Assembly: GCA_903813345.2 (NCBI GenBank)
Contig: CAIIXF020000001.1
Location: 10,106,001 to 10,170,000, forward strand
From: Owenia fusiformis
Taxonomy: Eukaryota
DNA length: 64,000 bases
Direction of reading: 5' to 3'
The number at the start of each line of letters is the position of its first letter. Position 1 is the stretch's first letter. The notes below the pieces were generated by a model. The model was not told the DNA's origin. It ran no database searches and saw only the letters and a program-made list of their open reading frames with translations. Below are positions 51,101-61,300 of this stretch, piece after piece. Both the position numbers and the translations under genes were made by a program.

Positions 51101-54100
51101 ATCTATCTTGGCTATCAACTTTTCACCCCCTACTAAAATACATGTAGTCGGTTGTATGTTCAGTGTTCACACAAATTCAAGTGAATAAGGATTAGGAAAC
51201 ACTATTTAGTATATGAACATTTTAGCTCAAAGTTACCAGGACTCTTTGATTGAGACTGTTGCCATGGTAATCAGGCCCATAACCAGGATTTTCCAAGTTT
51301 TTTTTAAAATATTCTAGGGGGGATTCGCTTTTGACAATTTTAGTCCAAAAATGGCCAAAATCCCATTGAACACCCCCCCCCCCCCCATGGCTACAGACCT
51401 GCTGTTACCATGATATTACAAACCACAAGTGCATACTAAAAAGGGGATGAAACTAATGGCAAATTCACATGATTTGGCCAACTTATCTGTTTATCTTTGG
51501 TACCAAATATTTTAAATTGAAGTAATGATAAACCAGACAAGATGTAAATTGTCAATCTGACTATTTGTTTCACCCTGACCCATAGTAATAATTATGACAA
51601 TTATGAACTTATTGTATAAAATGTAAGGGGTAAAGGGGTATGCATCGTTAGAAATTAAATTGAAAAATAAATAATGGTGCATAAAACAATATTGGGATAA
51701 TTAAACAAAGCTTTAATTATAAATATATATGGAGCAATTCAATAAAAAAGAAACTAGAGATAGGAAATAGCTGGCACAAAATCTGAATATAGAATTAGAT
51801 AATTATGGCTAAAAAACTAAACTTTGACAGAAAAATGCATATTGTGTATCTATCACACCAAAGGCTGTGTGGGCTTACCATTCGCCACCTTGTGAATACT
51901 TTGGGGCAGACAGTGGGGCAGGGTTAGATACATGGGGGCAAAACAAATATTTTACAGCAAGATATCCCCCATCCCACCAAATATAAAAATTAATTAATTA
52001 AAAAATTAATTTCTTAAATAAGCCACATGTGGTGAATGGTAAGCCCACACGGCTAATGTGAGATCTACTTTAAAGGGACAGCAATTGAGAGAGTGTATTA
52101 TGACCGTAAAATGTTGGAAGCAAACTTTTTAACAGATATGTCAATGTTTCCCTTGTGATCACTTACTATATACATTGTGTACAGTAAAACCTGTTTATCT
52201 GTTCAACTTGGAAAGTGTTGGACTTAAATAGCGGTTCAGTTTGCATCGGTATTCAGTAACAGGACTTGAAATTGTTTGACTTTCGTGTTTCACTTAACAA
52301 GTTTTACTGTACTAAAAAAGAATTGAGATATCTGGTCACGCTAGGAAGAAATTGACATTTTATCAAAAAGAGACATCCTCTTTTCTGGTTTAAAGCAAAA
52401 CTACTTTTAAAACATTTTCATTCAATGAAGCTGTAACATTCATCTCAATCCTTTGCTGTCTCTAAAAATCTATAAGTTGGAGTTTTGTTTACTTTATTTA
52501 ATTACAATTGTGCCAAACAACTATTGAAAGTTATACCTCGGTCACATTTGATCTATGGCAACAGTACCTACAGCAGCATTAAATATAGGAATAAGCCGTA
52601 CAATGTAGATTTTCTATATCAATTTTGTGACGGCTTCCAAAGAGCAAATGTGACGGAGGCTTTAGAAAGCTTTATCTTTGTTTTATATATTTTTGTTAGA
52701 ATATAATTACACTTGGTATTTAATAGAGTACATAAATATGATAATACACTAGGAGGGATTGCATATAAAGAATATCTACATTACAAGGGAAGATATCAAT
52801 ATTTCATTGAGGTTTAAATCCTATATCTATCCTTACCAGGGAAAAGAGGATTTATCCAATGATCATGACAATATTGAGTGAATTAACATATTTTGCCTTT
52901 CACACTTTTTGACCATGTTAAACAAGGTTATCTATTCTGATCATGGGTTAACTTAATACATATAATTAAATGTAATCGAAGATGAACCTACCGCATCACA
53001 TCCTGGGTGTCCCATACCTGATGGATCATTGACACCCAAAGAGGCATTTTCAAATCCACAACATTCAAAATTAAATTGCACATTGGACTTTGCTTGATTA
53101 GATGCGTGTTGCCAGCCTGTTTCTGCGATCATTTTTATTCCATTGTCACCAACTGCTAGGCATGCACATGACACAATGAACATTATGATGAAAACAAATC
53201 CAAGTAAAAACATATTCTGAACAGAGTTAAGGAGTTCTAAACAATACAAAGTAATAATTATGCATTCCTGGCATGCTGAGTTTACATATAACAGAATTAA
53301 TCTTTAGTCATCCTCTGAACGCAGGGTTCCAGACATCATCCACTAAGTTTCTTCCTTCTTCGAAGAAGGAGGTACGAGTTCTGGAGGCCTGTGTTCGGAG
53401 GATGATCTTGAGGGAAAAGATGATTAAATGGCGAGTAAAAATGATTTATATATTTCTTTTATTGGCAATAATATCAAAACGTGATAGTTTACATAAATCT
53501 ATGCACAATCCAAGACATAAAATCAATCTAAAATTAACTGCACTGTACTATTTGATACATAAAGTTAAATAAATATTTCAGATGAAAATGGTTCCCCTTT
53601 TAGAAATTGTCATCTACCCACCTATTTGATGAATTATAGATTTTCTAGGTTCAACTTAACTGATCCATAAAAAGGCACTGAGAGTGAAGTATTTTGAAAG
53701 TTACGAGCAGTCAACCTGGGAAACTTTGATTGCATGATACCTTAACAGTATCTATTGATAAATAATTCATACAAGGCATTAACATAAAGAATATCACCAC
53801 CTGACATTTGTTACACATGCCAAACGCTGAACGCCAACCGCTGAATGCTGAACACCGTCCACAAAAAGGTTTGAGACTTTAACAATATGTCACTGGCAGA
53901 AAAACTTTAACAATATGTCACCACTTATGTTGCTGACACAAAAAAGTGTGTATTTGTAGAAAGTATTTCAGATTACCAACCTTCAATTCTACAGAATACC
54001 TGACAGGACAGAAGTAAACAGGGGTTCAGAAATTTTCCCAAAATGAACCTGACAGTATCTAAAATACCTGGCAGGCAAAAGGTTAACGAAGTGAAACCAA

Positions 54101-57100
54101 AATACCAAGTTTTCATGAAGACATATTTTCCTTTCATGATATTCATAAAAAATATCAAAGCACTGATAAAAGAAATTATAATCAAATTAAACTTGCATTG
54201 ATTTTCATCAAGCAAATACAATCTCGTAGTAATCTGTACTGTATACTTTAAGTTCCTGCTGTAGCCGTAAAATACCAATATGTTCGTGGTAACAGCTGTA
54301 ATACTGAATTAACCAGGATTTATGTATAGTCTGTATTATTTACAATTAGGTATCGAATCAATACTTGGTATCAAAGTATTGAGTTAATTAGCATACTGAA
54401 AGGTACATAGGTTATTACATGAACAGTAATTATTGCAAAATGCAAAGTGATCAATGTGATTTGCAATTGCAAACTATTATACATTACGCAATATTTTTGA
54501 TTATAGGCTCATGATTCAAATAGGTGGTCCATAACATGCATAAGCCATGGCCATGGTGAGTCCATGTGGTGATAGCTTTAAATTGCAATATTCTACCTGT
54601 ATCTAACCTCTGACCAATCATGTATCCTATACATTTGATACTGACTTACCACAACCATTAAGAAACCTTGATATACTAACTACAGTATGGGCAAGATATT
54701 GACCTTTTACATTTCAGGATATCTTGACAACGTGACCTTGACTTCCAATGATCCCAAAAATGATGTCAAAAACGCTTATTAACGTATACATAAAAATAAC
54801 TTCTGAAAATTGCTTTGGAGGCGAAGTCTCGCGAGTTGCTTGGATATAACCAGGCAAAAGCTGGAATTCATTAGCTATAAAAAATAAAACGACCTTCCCA
54901 TATGACCTTTCAGATTGACAAATAGATTGGAGGCCTTCAAATATTACATCATTTTGACCGTATATTGGGTGATTGGGACAATGATCTTTACATAACTTCA
55001 AGTCAAGGGACACATATAACATGTAACATCTTTATACCCAGGTGATGGCCAGAGAAATAAGTTTTGATGTTGAAGAAAAGGTTTTTGAAATGAATTAAAT
55101 TCTATTGATCATGCAAGATTCAATTCATTATAAATTTTCCAAAACATTTTGGAAGAATTACAGACACAGAATTACATAAACTGCCCCTTAAAGTGCATAT
55201 TTGAATTGAAAGGATACGCAGAAGAGTATCTTAGTGTTCTCAGTGATAGCACCAATGAGGCCCACACTAGAGATACCAAGTAGAAAGACACCACATACTA
55301 TGATGCCTACAATCACTCCTATAGCTCCTAGTTCCCCAGCTGCTTTGTATTGAGTACCAGCAATGATAAGTATCAGCAATGCCACAATCTGCAAAGATAA
55401 TAGGAACAAAAAGTTCATTTTATACATTAGGGGCTTGGAATGAAACAAATAGTTGAATAATGTAGGAATGGTTTGGGGTAAAATCACTGTAATTTCACAA
55501 TCAGTAATCATTTATTTAGCCAATGAACACAAAAAAGTACCAAAACTTTGGGCCCAAAGCCCCCCTTTATGATTATATTTTTTTACAAAAAACTGTAGCC
55601 ATATTCCTTCAACCGTCAACCAGAATTTTAGTTATTTCTTTACAGACGAATGAAAGGATAAATTGATGAACAGCTTCTTGAAATCTCGAAGGTTGCTGCT
55701 GCAGCATTCCTTACCGGCAATTTGTAAATATTGACAAATATAAGGTATATACAGACAAAGATAATGAAAATGTAAGTCTATGAAGCATAAGAATAAGCAA
55801 TCAAAGGACCATGGTAAGGCTAAAAACAAATAATATTCCCATTAATATTGCACCTTGGTACTTTGATTGCTTATTTCTTAGGTTTGAATGACACAAGGGT
55901 TCACTTTATAGAAATCAATTGAAGTTCTCAAAATGGTGAAACTGAATGATCTTGGCTTCTCAAAGCCCCCCCCCCTATCCCACCTTGGCTACGGGACTGC
56001 AGACTTTAGCCTATTTATTTTCCATGTTAAAAATAAGGGAATTTTCAAGAGGCCATGCATCAGTGGATGAGATTATACAAAATGTAAAATATTCAAATTT
56101 TAGGGGATACCTATCTGGACAATATTGGAAACTATGGGCTTTCAGACGACCATGGTTAGGAAATGGTGATAGAAAATCCGGGGTCTGCGCATTATACCGA
56201 AACCCATTAAACCGAAATCCATTATACCGAAATTGATTATACTGACGTGCATTATACCAAAACTCATTATACCGACGTGCATTGTACCGAAAGGCGTTAT
56301 ACCGAATGCCACAATACTGACGCACATTGTAAAGTTTCCTGCGTGTATCTGTGTGTAACCTTTAAGAGACATTGGAGTAAAATATTAGACAGTTTTTATG
56401 TTTTGATATATGATATTCATTAATTAGAATTGACAAAAATCTTTACAAACGAGAGAACATGTATTTTGAGACTAAAACAACCTGTCATCAGAGAAAAAAA
56501 GCCGCCCGTTTGTTTGTCTGTTTGTTCGTCTATTTATTCTATTCGGAAAACAACTCAATAGTTTATAGGAAAACGCCTAATGGCCATAGGATGTCTGATA
56601 TAGAACAATCTTCGAAAATGGAGGCCAATTAAAAAATGTTGCCGCCATAATTGTAACATTTATTCCGTGTTGTCGAGCCTTTAATTCAAGGATCCCTTCT
56701 CGAGGGCAGAAAACGGGCTAAAAATATAGATGAAATATTTTCACGAACTGACAAAATTACGTACATTTTTATGATTTGAAATACCTAGCCACATTATACA
56801 ACGCTCAACACACCATTGGAAAGCTTATTTTGTCTTCTTTAGTCTCCTTTCTAACAGAAGTGAATCAACTGTTACGCATTGAACTTCATTAATAGATGAC
56901 AAAACATTTTTTGCTGACTGATAATATTACATATGATTTGAAATAGCAAGCCACGTGTACATCACACCATTGGAAAGCTTGTTTAGTGTTCTTTAATCTC
57001 ATTCATAACAAAATCGAACCAAATGTTCACGGACTTGGAAATTAAGCGTTACGCACAGAACTTAAATATTAAATCACGAAATATCTTCGCAAGCTATCAA

Positions 57101-57901
57101 CATTACGTACACCTTTTGTTTATGATATGAAATGCATTGTAAAATCTATTTGATCCAAACTAATAAGTGCCATACAACTTGTACATGAAGGTTTGACTTG
57201 GGCTGTGATTTTAGGGTGTTTGCGGTTTTGAGTTTCCCTTACTTGATGAAGCTTATACTAGATTAGTATCCTGTTGCCATTTCTTGCCTGGTCTTCCTGA
57301 TTAAATGTGCATGATTTTCAATAATACTTATCATACTCTTCTACTATTATCATACATCTTCCATTCCAAGCCTTTTCACATCACAAAATCATGGTGTCGG
57401 ACTGTCGGTATACAGTAATGATTTTCGGTACAATGCGCGTTGGTGTATTGGTTTTCGGTACAATGCACGTCATTATAATGGGTTTCCGTATAATGTGCGT
57501 CGGTACAATGAGGTGATCCCGAAAATCCACCTGTCATCTAGGGCAAAGGGGTGTAATGTCGACGTGTGGGGTAATGTCGACATAATAGACAGGGTAACTT
57601 CGACACTTACGTATTAGAAGTAGAATTTCCATTTTCCGCCATGTTTGATTTCTGGAAAAATTAAAATCTTGCGAGATCTCGATCCATGCGAAAAAAAACA
57701 TAGATCAGAAATTAGAGCAAATAAACAACAAGGTGTCGAAGTTACCCCACATGTCGAAGTTACCCCAAAATGGTGTCGACGTTACACCCCTTCTCCCTAT
57801 CATGTTCCAAACTGTAAGATGGAGGATTATTTACTTACAATGTACGCAATATTGAGGCACATCAAGAAGACCCTTGAACAAGTGCAGTCGGTGATCCCCA
57901 T
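39130..57901 (-). CDS. TSPAN13: Tetraspanin of the TSPAN13/TSPAN31 subfamily, divergent; 268 or 269 aa depending on exon 4a/4b
   Basis: Exons 57901-57839, 55388-55218, 53216-52992, [49765-49589 or 49544-49365], 45587-45516, 42093-42049 and 39183-39130, all phase 0. Four TM segments; motifs CS...L..LN..Y, F.VSCACLA, GW......Q....CCGF and GG.GLFFSFT. The symbol denotes the subfamily only, since orthology (13 vs 31 vs paralog) is not resolvable. The last two exons are less certain. Confidence 0.85.
40176..41835. mobile_element. Non-autonomous TIR element with CACGGTG termini and 5-bp TSD ATAAT
   Basis: ~65-bp TIR CACGGTG(C/T)CCGATACTACCCAA...CCATTTGGACT; the left copy has an 11-bp internal duplication. 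TSD at 40171-40175 and 41836-41840. Confidence 0.9.
40981..41187 (+). mobile_element. Solo LTR containing a tRNA-like sequence (Helenus-type TRIM)
   Basis: TG...CA termini with an 8/10 terminal inverted repeat (TGTAATGACC/GGCCGTTACA); 4-bp TSD ACAG; internal box A TGGCTCAGGGG (41040-41050) and box B GGTTCGATTCC (41083-41093). Confidence 0.8.
42480..42880. repeat. Degenerate C-rich tandem repeat
   Basis: Recurrent TGCCT..T.ATTCTGCACCTCCC.TTATA units of ~40 bp. Confidence 0.55.
43351..44477. mobile_element. EnSpm/CACTA-like non-autonomous element
   Basis: TIR CACTCTAAAAAC/GTTTTTAGAGTG, 2-bp TSD TA, and many subterminal GTGTTAA/TTAACAC repeats. Confidence 0.8.
44487..45216. mobile_element. CAGGGTTC-ended element with 5-bp TSD CCCAA, carrying a nested MITE
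   Basis: CCCAA|CAGGGTTC...GAACCCTG|CCCAA. Confidence 0.75.
44663..45029. mobile_element. PIF/Harbinger-type MITE
   Basis: 16-bp perfect TIR CACCCCAGTCACATTT and 3-bp TSD TAA. Confidence 0.8.
46440..47492. mobile_element. Fold-back element: 446-bp TIRs, CACG termini, 5-bp TSD ATAAC
   Basis: 46440-46885 is the reverse complement of 47047-47492 (about 11 mismatches by manual count) with a 161-bp spacer. TSD at 46435-46439 and 47493-47497. Confidence 0.97.
49365..49544 (-). CDS. Tetraspanin alternative exon 4b (60 aa)
   Basis: tttag|LECCKNLKANETYVCCTGTTLPKSLPGCPCSTQCWDRMQPIMFHAKKVSGGFGLFFSFTL|gtaggt; 180 nt; phase 0-0. Confidence 0.88.
49589..49765 (-). CDS. Tetraspanin alternative exon 4a (59 aa)
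   Basis: ttccag|ISCCTVKQVLSKASCCTGSPFTADPPCPCKTTCYERLRKTMHYATLAAGGTGLFFSFTL|gtgagt; 177 nt; phase 0-0. Confidence 0.88.
49804..50892 (+). mobile_element. Mariner transposon relic
   Basis: TA|CGAGGGGTGATTCAAAAGTAATGGACAAAATTTTATAGG TIR with its inverse at ~50853-50889. Encodes LHMDNAPAH...PHVPYSPDTAPCDFYLFPTLK; internally deleted and frameshifted. Confidence 0.92.
51853..52061. mobile_element. MITE with ~35-bp imperfect TIR
   Basis: GTGTGGGCTTACCATTCGCCAC versus GTGGTGAATGGTAAGCCCACAC. Confidence 0.65.
53217..55217 (-). other. U12-type (minor spliceosome) GT-AG intron, tetraspanin intron 2
   Basis: 5' splice site GTATCCTTTC; branch site TCCTTAAC (53233-53226) 9 nt before the exon; no extended polypyrimidine tract. 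Confidence 0.9.
56180..57520. mobile_element. Non-autonomous DNA transposon with 8-bp TSD and subterminal 15-bp tandem repeats (MuDR- or Merlin-like)
   Basis: GAAAATCC at 56172-56179 and 57521-57528; GGG termini; CATTATACCGA... 15-mers at the left end and their reverse complements at the right end. Confidence 0.8.
57541..57797. mobile_element. MITE with TA TSD, relative of 37044-37312
   Basis: TA|GGGCAAAGGGGTGTAA...TTACACCCCTTCTCCC|TA; shares internal CC(G/A)CCATGTTT and GCGAGATCT with 37044-37312. Confidence 0.85.
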
Positions 57902-58310
57902 CTTGCTTATCTCTGACCTTCAATAAAATAAGCTAAACTGTCGGTATTCTGCAACACGAATTGATTTTGCCACGACTAAAAATTTCAATATTTTTTAGAA
58001 TTTTATTCTGAGTTAATAATTATTCAAATTAGGGTTTCGTATTTTTTATTTAATGACGTTTCGATGAAATTATATGAATTCAATTGACATATAATTATCA
58101 AATTACTTTGATTATCATTTAATGTATAATTTTTGTAAGCCTATTGTGTTTTATCAATGATCTCGTTCAAAATATGAAACGATAGGAATAATTTAGTAGC
58201 TCCGAACATTTACAAAACTATCATGACATTATTCAACTCCTCACGTTTTCACTTCAGGATTTATTTGAAATGATTGTTGAACTAATTTATGTTTACCTTT
58301 AGATAAAATC

Positions 58311-61300
58311 ATGTCTAGTTCATATGATGACAGGAATTTGGTGGTACCTATCACCCCTGTTCAACAGATGTTTGCATCAAGTTGTGGAGCACTCTTGACT
58401 TCTCTCTTTGGTAAGCTGCTTCTATATAAAGATCATGTGATTACATATTATTGCAGTTGCATTACATCATCTCATTTAAAAACTTCAATCTCACTTTTTT
58501 ACACGTAAATTTATATCAATATGGTGGTGGCTGTAGTTTACTCGAGTCTCTAGCCAATACTTGGCTAGAGGGGATTCATCTGGAATACTGTGAACTCTAT
58601 TTGAAAAAAGCTGCCGGGGTGTCATAAATTTATTGAATATTTTAAAAATCGCCAGATAAATAAATCATTAATCAAACCGGACCCAGCTCAAATCCTTGAT
58701 GAGATATGACATGATTTCATCAGGATTTCGTCTAAAATTAAAACAAAATGGCTCCAAGAAAAATGGCGATGTTCGAAAACTGGACGAAATGTCGTTACGT
58801 CTGACATTAGTAACTGGCTGTAAATTCTAAGTTAGCGATCCAGAAGATGTGCACTAATACACTGATCACTTTGTGTGTGTTTTGGAATTTTTGGTGAGGT
58901 AATAAGACCAAAACTCGCAATTCAAATTGTGATGTGGAAAAATGGCGGACATATGATTTCAAATTTTATGATTACGACATTACCAGTTGTTCATGCAGGA
59001 ATATATCTGTACTGGAAGGCCACGATACAGTGGCCTTAGAAGAAGGTAAGCTGTAGTACACTACCTTTTGATTTAGGCTATCCATCGAAGTACACCCTGG
59101 GTTTTTAACAACGCCGTCCTCCCATTATGAGGACGTAAATAAATAGTCATGGACGCAGAAAAAAATTGTTGGTGCGTTCTTGGGACGCATTACTCACCAT
59201 AGGTTGCAAACACATGTTATTTATCTTGAAAAACTTCCCTACAGTGCTCACCATAAAGAATTACAAAAAAATTACATGCTGTCGCACATGTAATAAATTT
59301 TTACCTCAGTGTATTCAGTGCTCTATTTTCTCCGTCCTTGTAAGTCCAGATATAGTGGAATTCATGTCCATAATGACAAAGAAGAACTTAAAAAATTGAA
59401 GTGGAGTTCACATGTTAATGCAGACTCTTCAAATGTTGAGGTGATTTTGGAGTCGGATTACGCGGCAATGTGGATTGGCTCCCAGAATGCAACACGACAC
59501 GTGTATCTGCTTAAATGGGCTTATTAGCCTTTTGCGGATTATAGATGTAGATGTACATGTCAGCTTTCAAAATGCCGTTCCAAAAAAATTCCAAACACAA
59601 AAGAAGAGATCGGGATATTAGTTCAAATCTTTTGGATCGCTGATTATAAATTTATAGCAGATTTATAGTCAGTATAATGTCAGAAAATAAGAACATTTTC
59701 AATGTTGGCATCTCTCAAGGTCATCAGCCATTCTCCAACAATTGTGAAATTCTCTCCACTTTAACAACAAATTGTGTAGATGGTGACATTTTGCATGTTA
59801 ATGCCCTGTAATTAACTATATTGTTTCATTTTCCAGTCACACCACTAGATGTTGTAAAGATAAGGCTACAAGCTCAACAGAAACCAATAACAAGAGGGTG
59901 CTGCTTCACATACTGTAATGGCTTAATGGACAGTTTAGAGATATGTGCCTGTCTCAATGGGGAGACTAGTACTCTGAAACCATGGTACAATAGACAACCC
60001 AAGGTTCACCTTAATGGAACTATGGTAAGGGGAAGGAGAAGTACGATAGTTTAACTCTAACACAATCACATGCCTGTCTAAAGGATTTCCCTAGGGGGGG
60101 CAACTTTTGCCTATTTTTGCTTTTGTGCTGTTGACACACCAGATGCACGAAACATGCTCCAATTTAAAACGTCGCCAACACAGAGCTAGGGTGGTCTGAA
60201 AATTTTAAACTTTTAACTCTTTCTGGTGCATTGCATACTGTATCTGAAAGCTATTTCACGATCTCTAAAAAAATTTCTGGAAAAAAGTGGGGGTGGTGAC
60301 CCCAAATACCCCCCCCCCCTCTTGTGCTGCAATAGTTTGTACTACATTTATTATGACAGGGTACTCTCAACTTATATCTCTGGTGCTCTAATTACAATAT
60401 CTGATCAACATTGTTATAGTCTCCAAATTGGTGGTCGGCATCTGTAACAAATGGCAGGTGGTGATATTTTGCATTTTAATGGCTTGTTTGTTTTATTTTA
60501 GGATGCATTCATGAAGATAGCACGTTATGAAGGTGTCAGTTCTTTATGGAGTGGACTACCTCCAACACTGTAAGTACTTATTTCAACCAGTTGAAAATGC
60601 GATAAACATTTATCGGTGCTTCATAGAGAACTATCGTACAATGAAGGGAGACCAAATTCAAAATGTTTCTATATTGATTTGATATGTGATATGTGAGGAT
60701 GATATCATTAAATGACAATGTAGATTAGGTTAGGCCAATATCCCAATTTTTCATTTTCCTGTAACACTTTGAGGAAAGATATTCATTGGAGAGCAGTGGT
60801 CAGTTAGATAGCTATTCCTGAAAAAATGTTCATTTAATATATTCAGTATTTGTATTAATCATTTTCCTGAGACTTGAAAATGTTCCTGAAAATTACCTAA
60901 ATTTAAGTTGGGGCAGTTCCCATGACCCTACAAATTCCCTTTTCCTATAACATAACATTAACAGCCATAATAACATGTTATTTACTTTTACTGTAGAGTA
61001 ATGGCTGTTCCTGCAACAGTTATATATTTCACCACCTATGACCAGTTAAAGTACATGATAGGCTACAGTGAACATGAGAAAGACACTTTATGGAGAGTAA
61101 TGTTAGCTGGATCTCTCGCTAGAAGTAAGCCTTAAATTTTACAAAAATGCCCAAAATGATGAAAAACTACAAAAACGTCCACATACTTTCCTCTCCTACT
61201 GATAATTGCAGGGAGGCTTGTTTATGTAAATATTTATATTCAGTATTTTAAATCAATGTCTTGATTATGTATAAAACACAGAAATTAACAAGTTTGAAAC

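Noticed and set aside
48317-51271. Cluster of RFX X-box-like palindromes (GTTGCCATGGTAAC and variants) around the alternative exons
   Set aside because: The same motif occurs inside transposon relics elsewhere in the window (e.g. ~24972 and ~49956), so it is most simply repeat-derived.
55655-55730. Possible decayed copy of tetraspanin exon 2 (LQIA... and TTATCCTTTC resembling the U12 donor)
   Set aside because: It has no valid AG acceptor or GT/AT donor, is far too short, and the similarity is limited to a few bases.
56180-56330. Regular short repeats resembling a CRISPR array or an RYN-repeat protein
   Set aside because: These are contiguous 15-mers without unique spacers, mirrored at the other end of a TSD-flanked transposon, in eukaryotic DNA.
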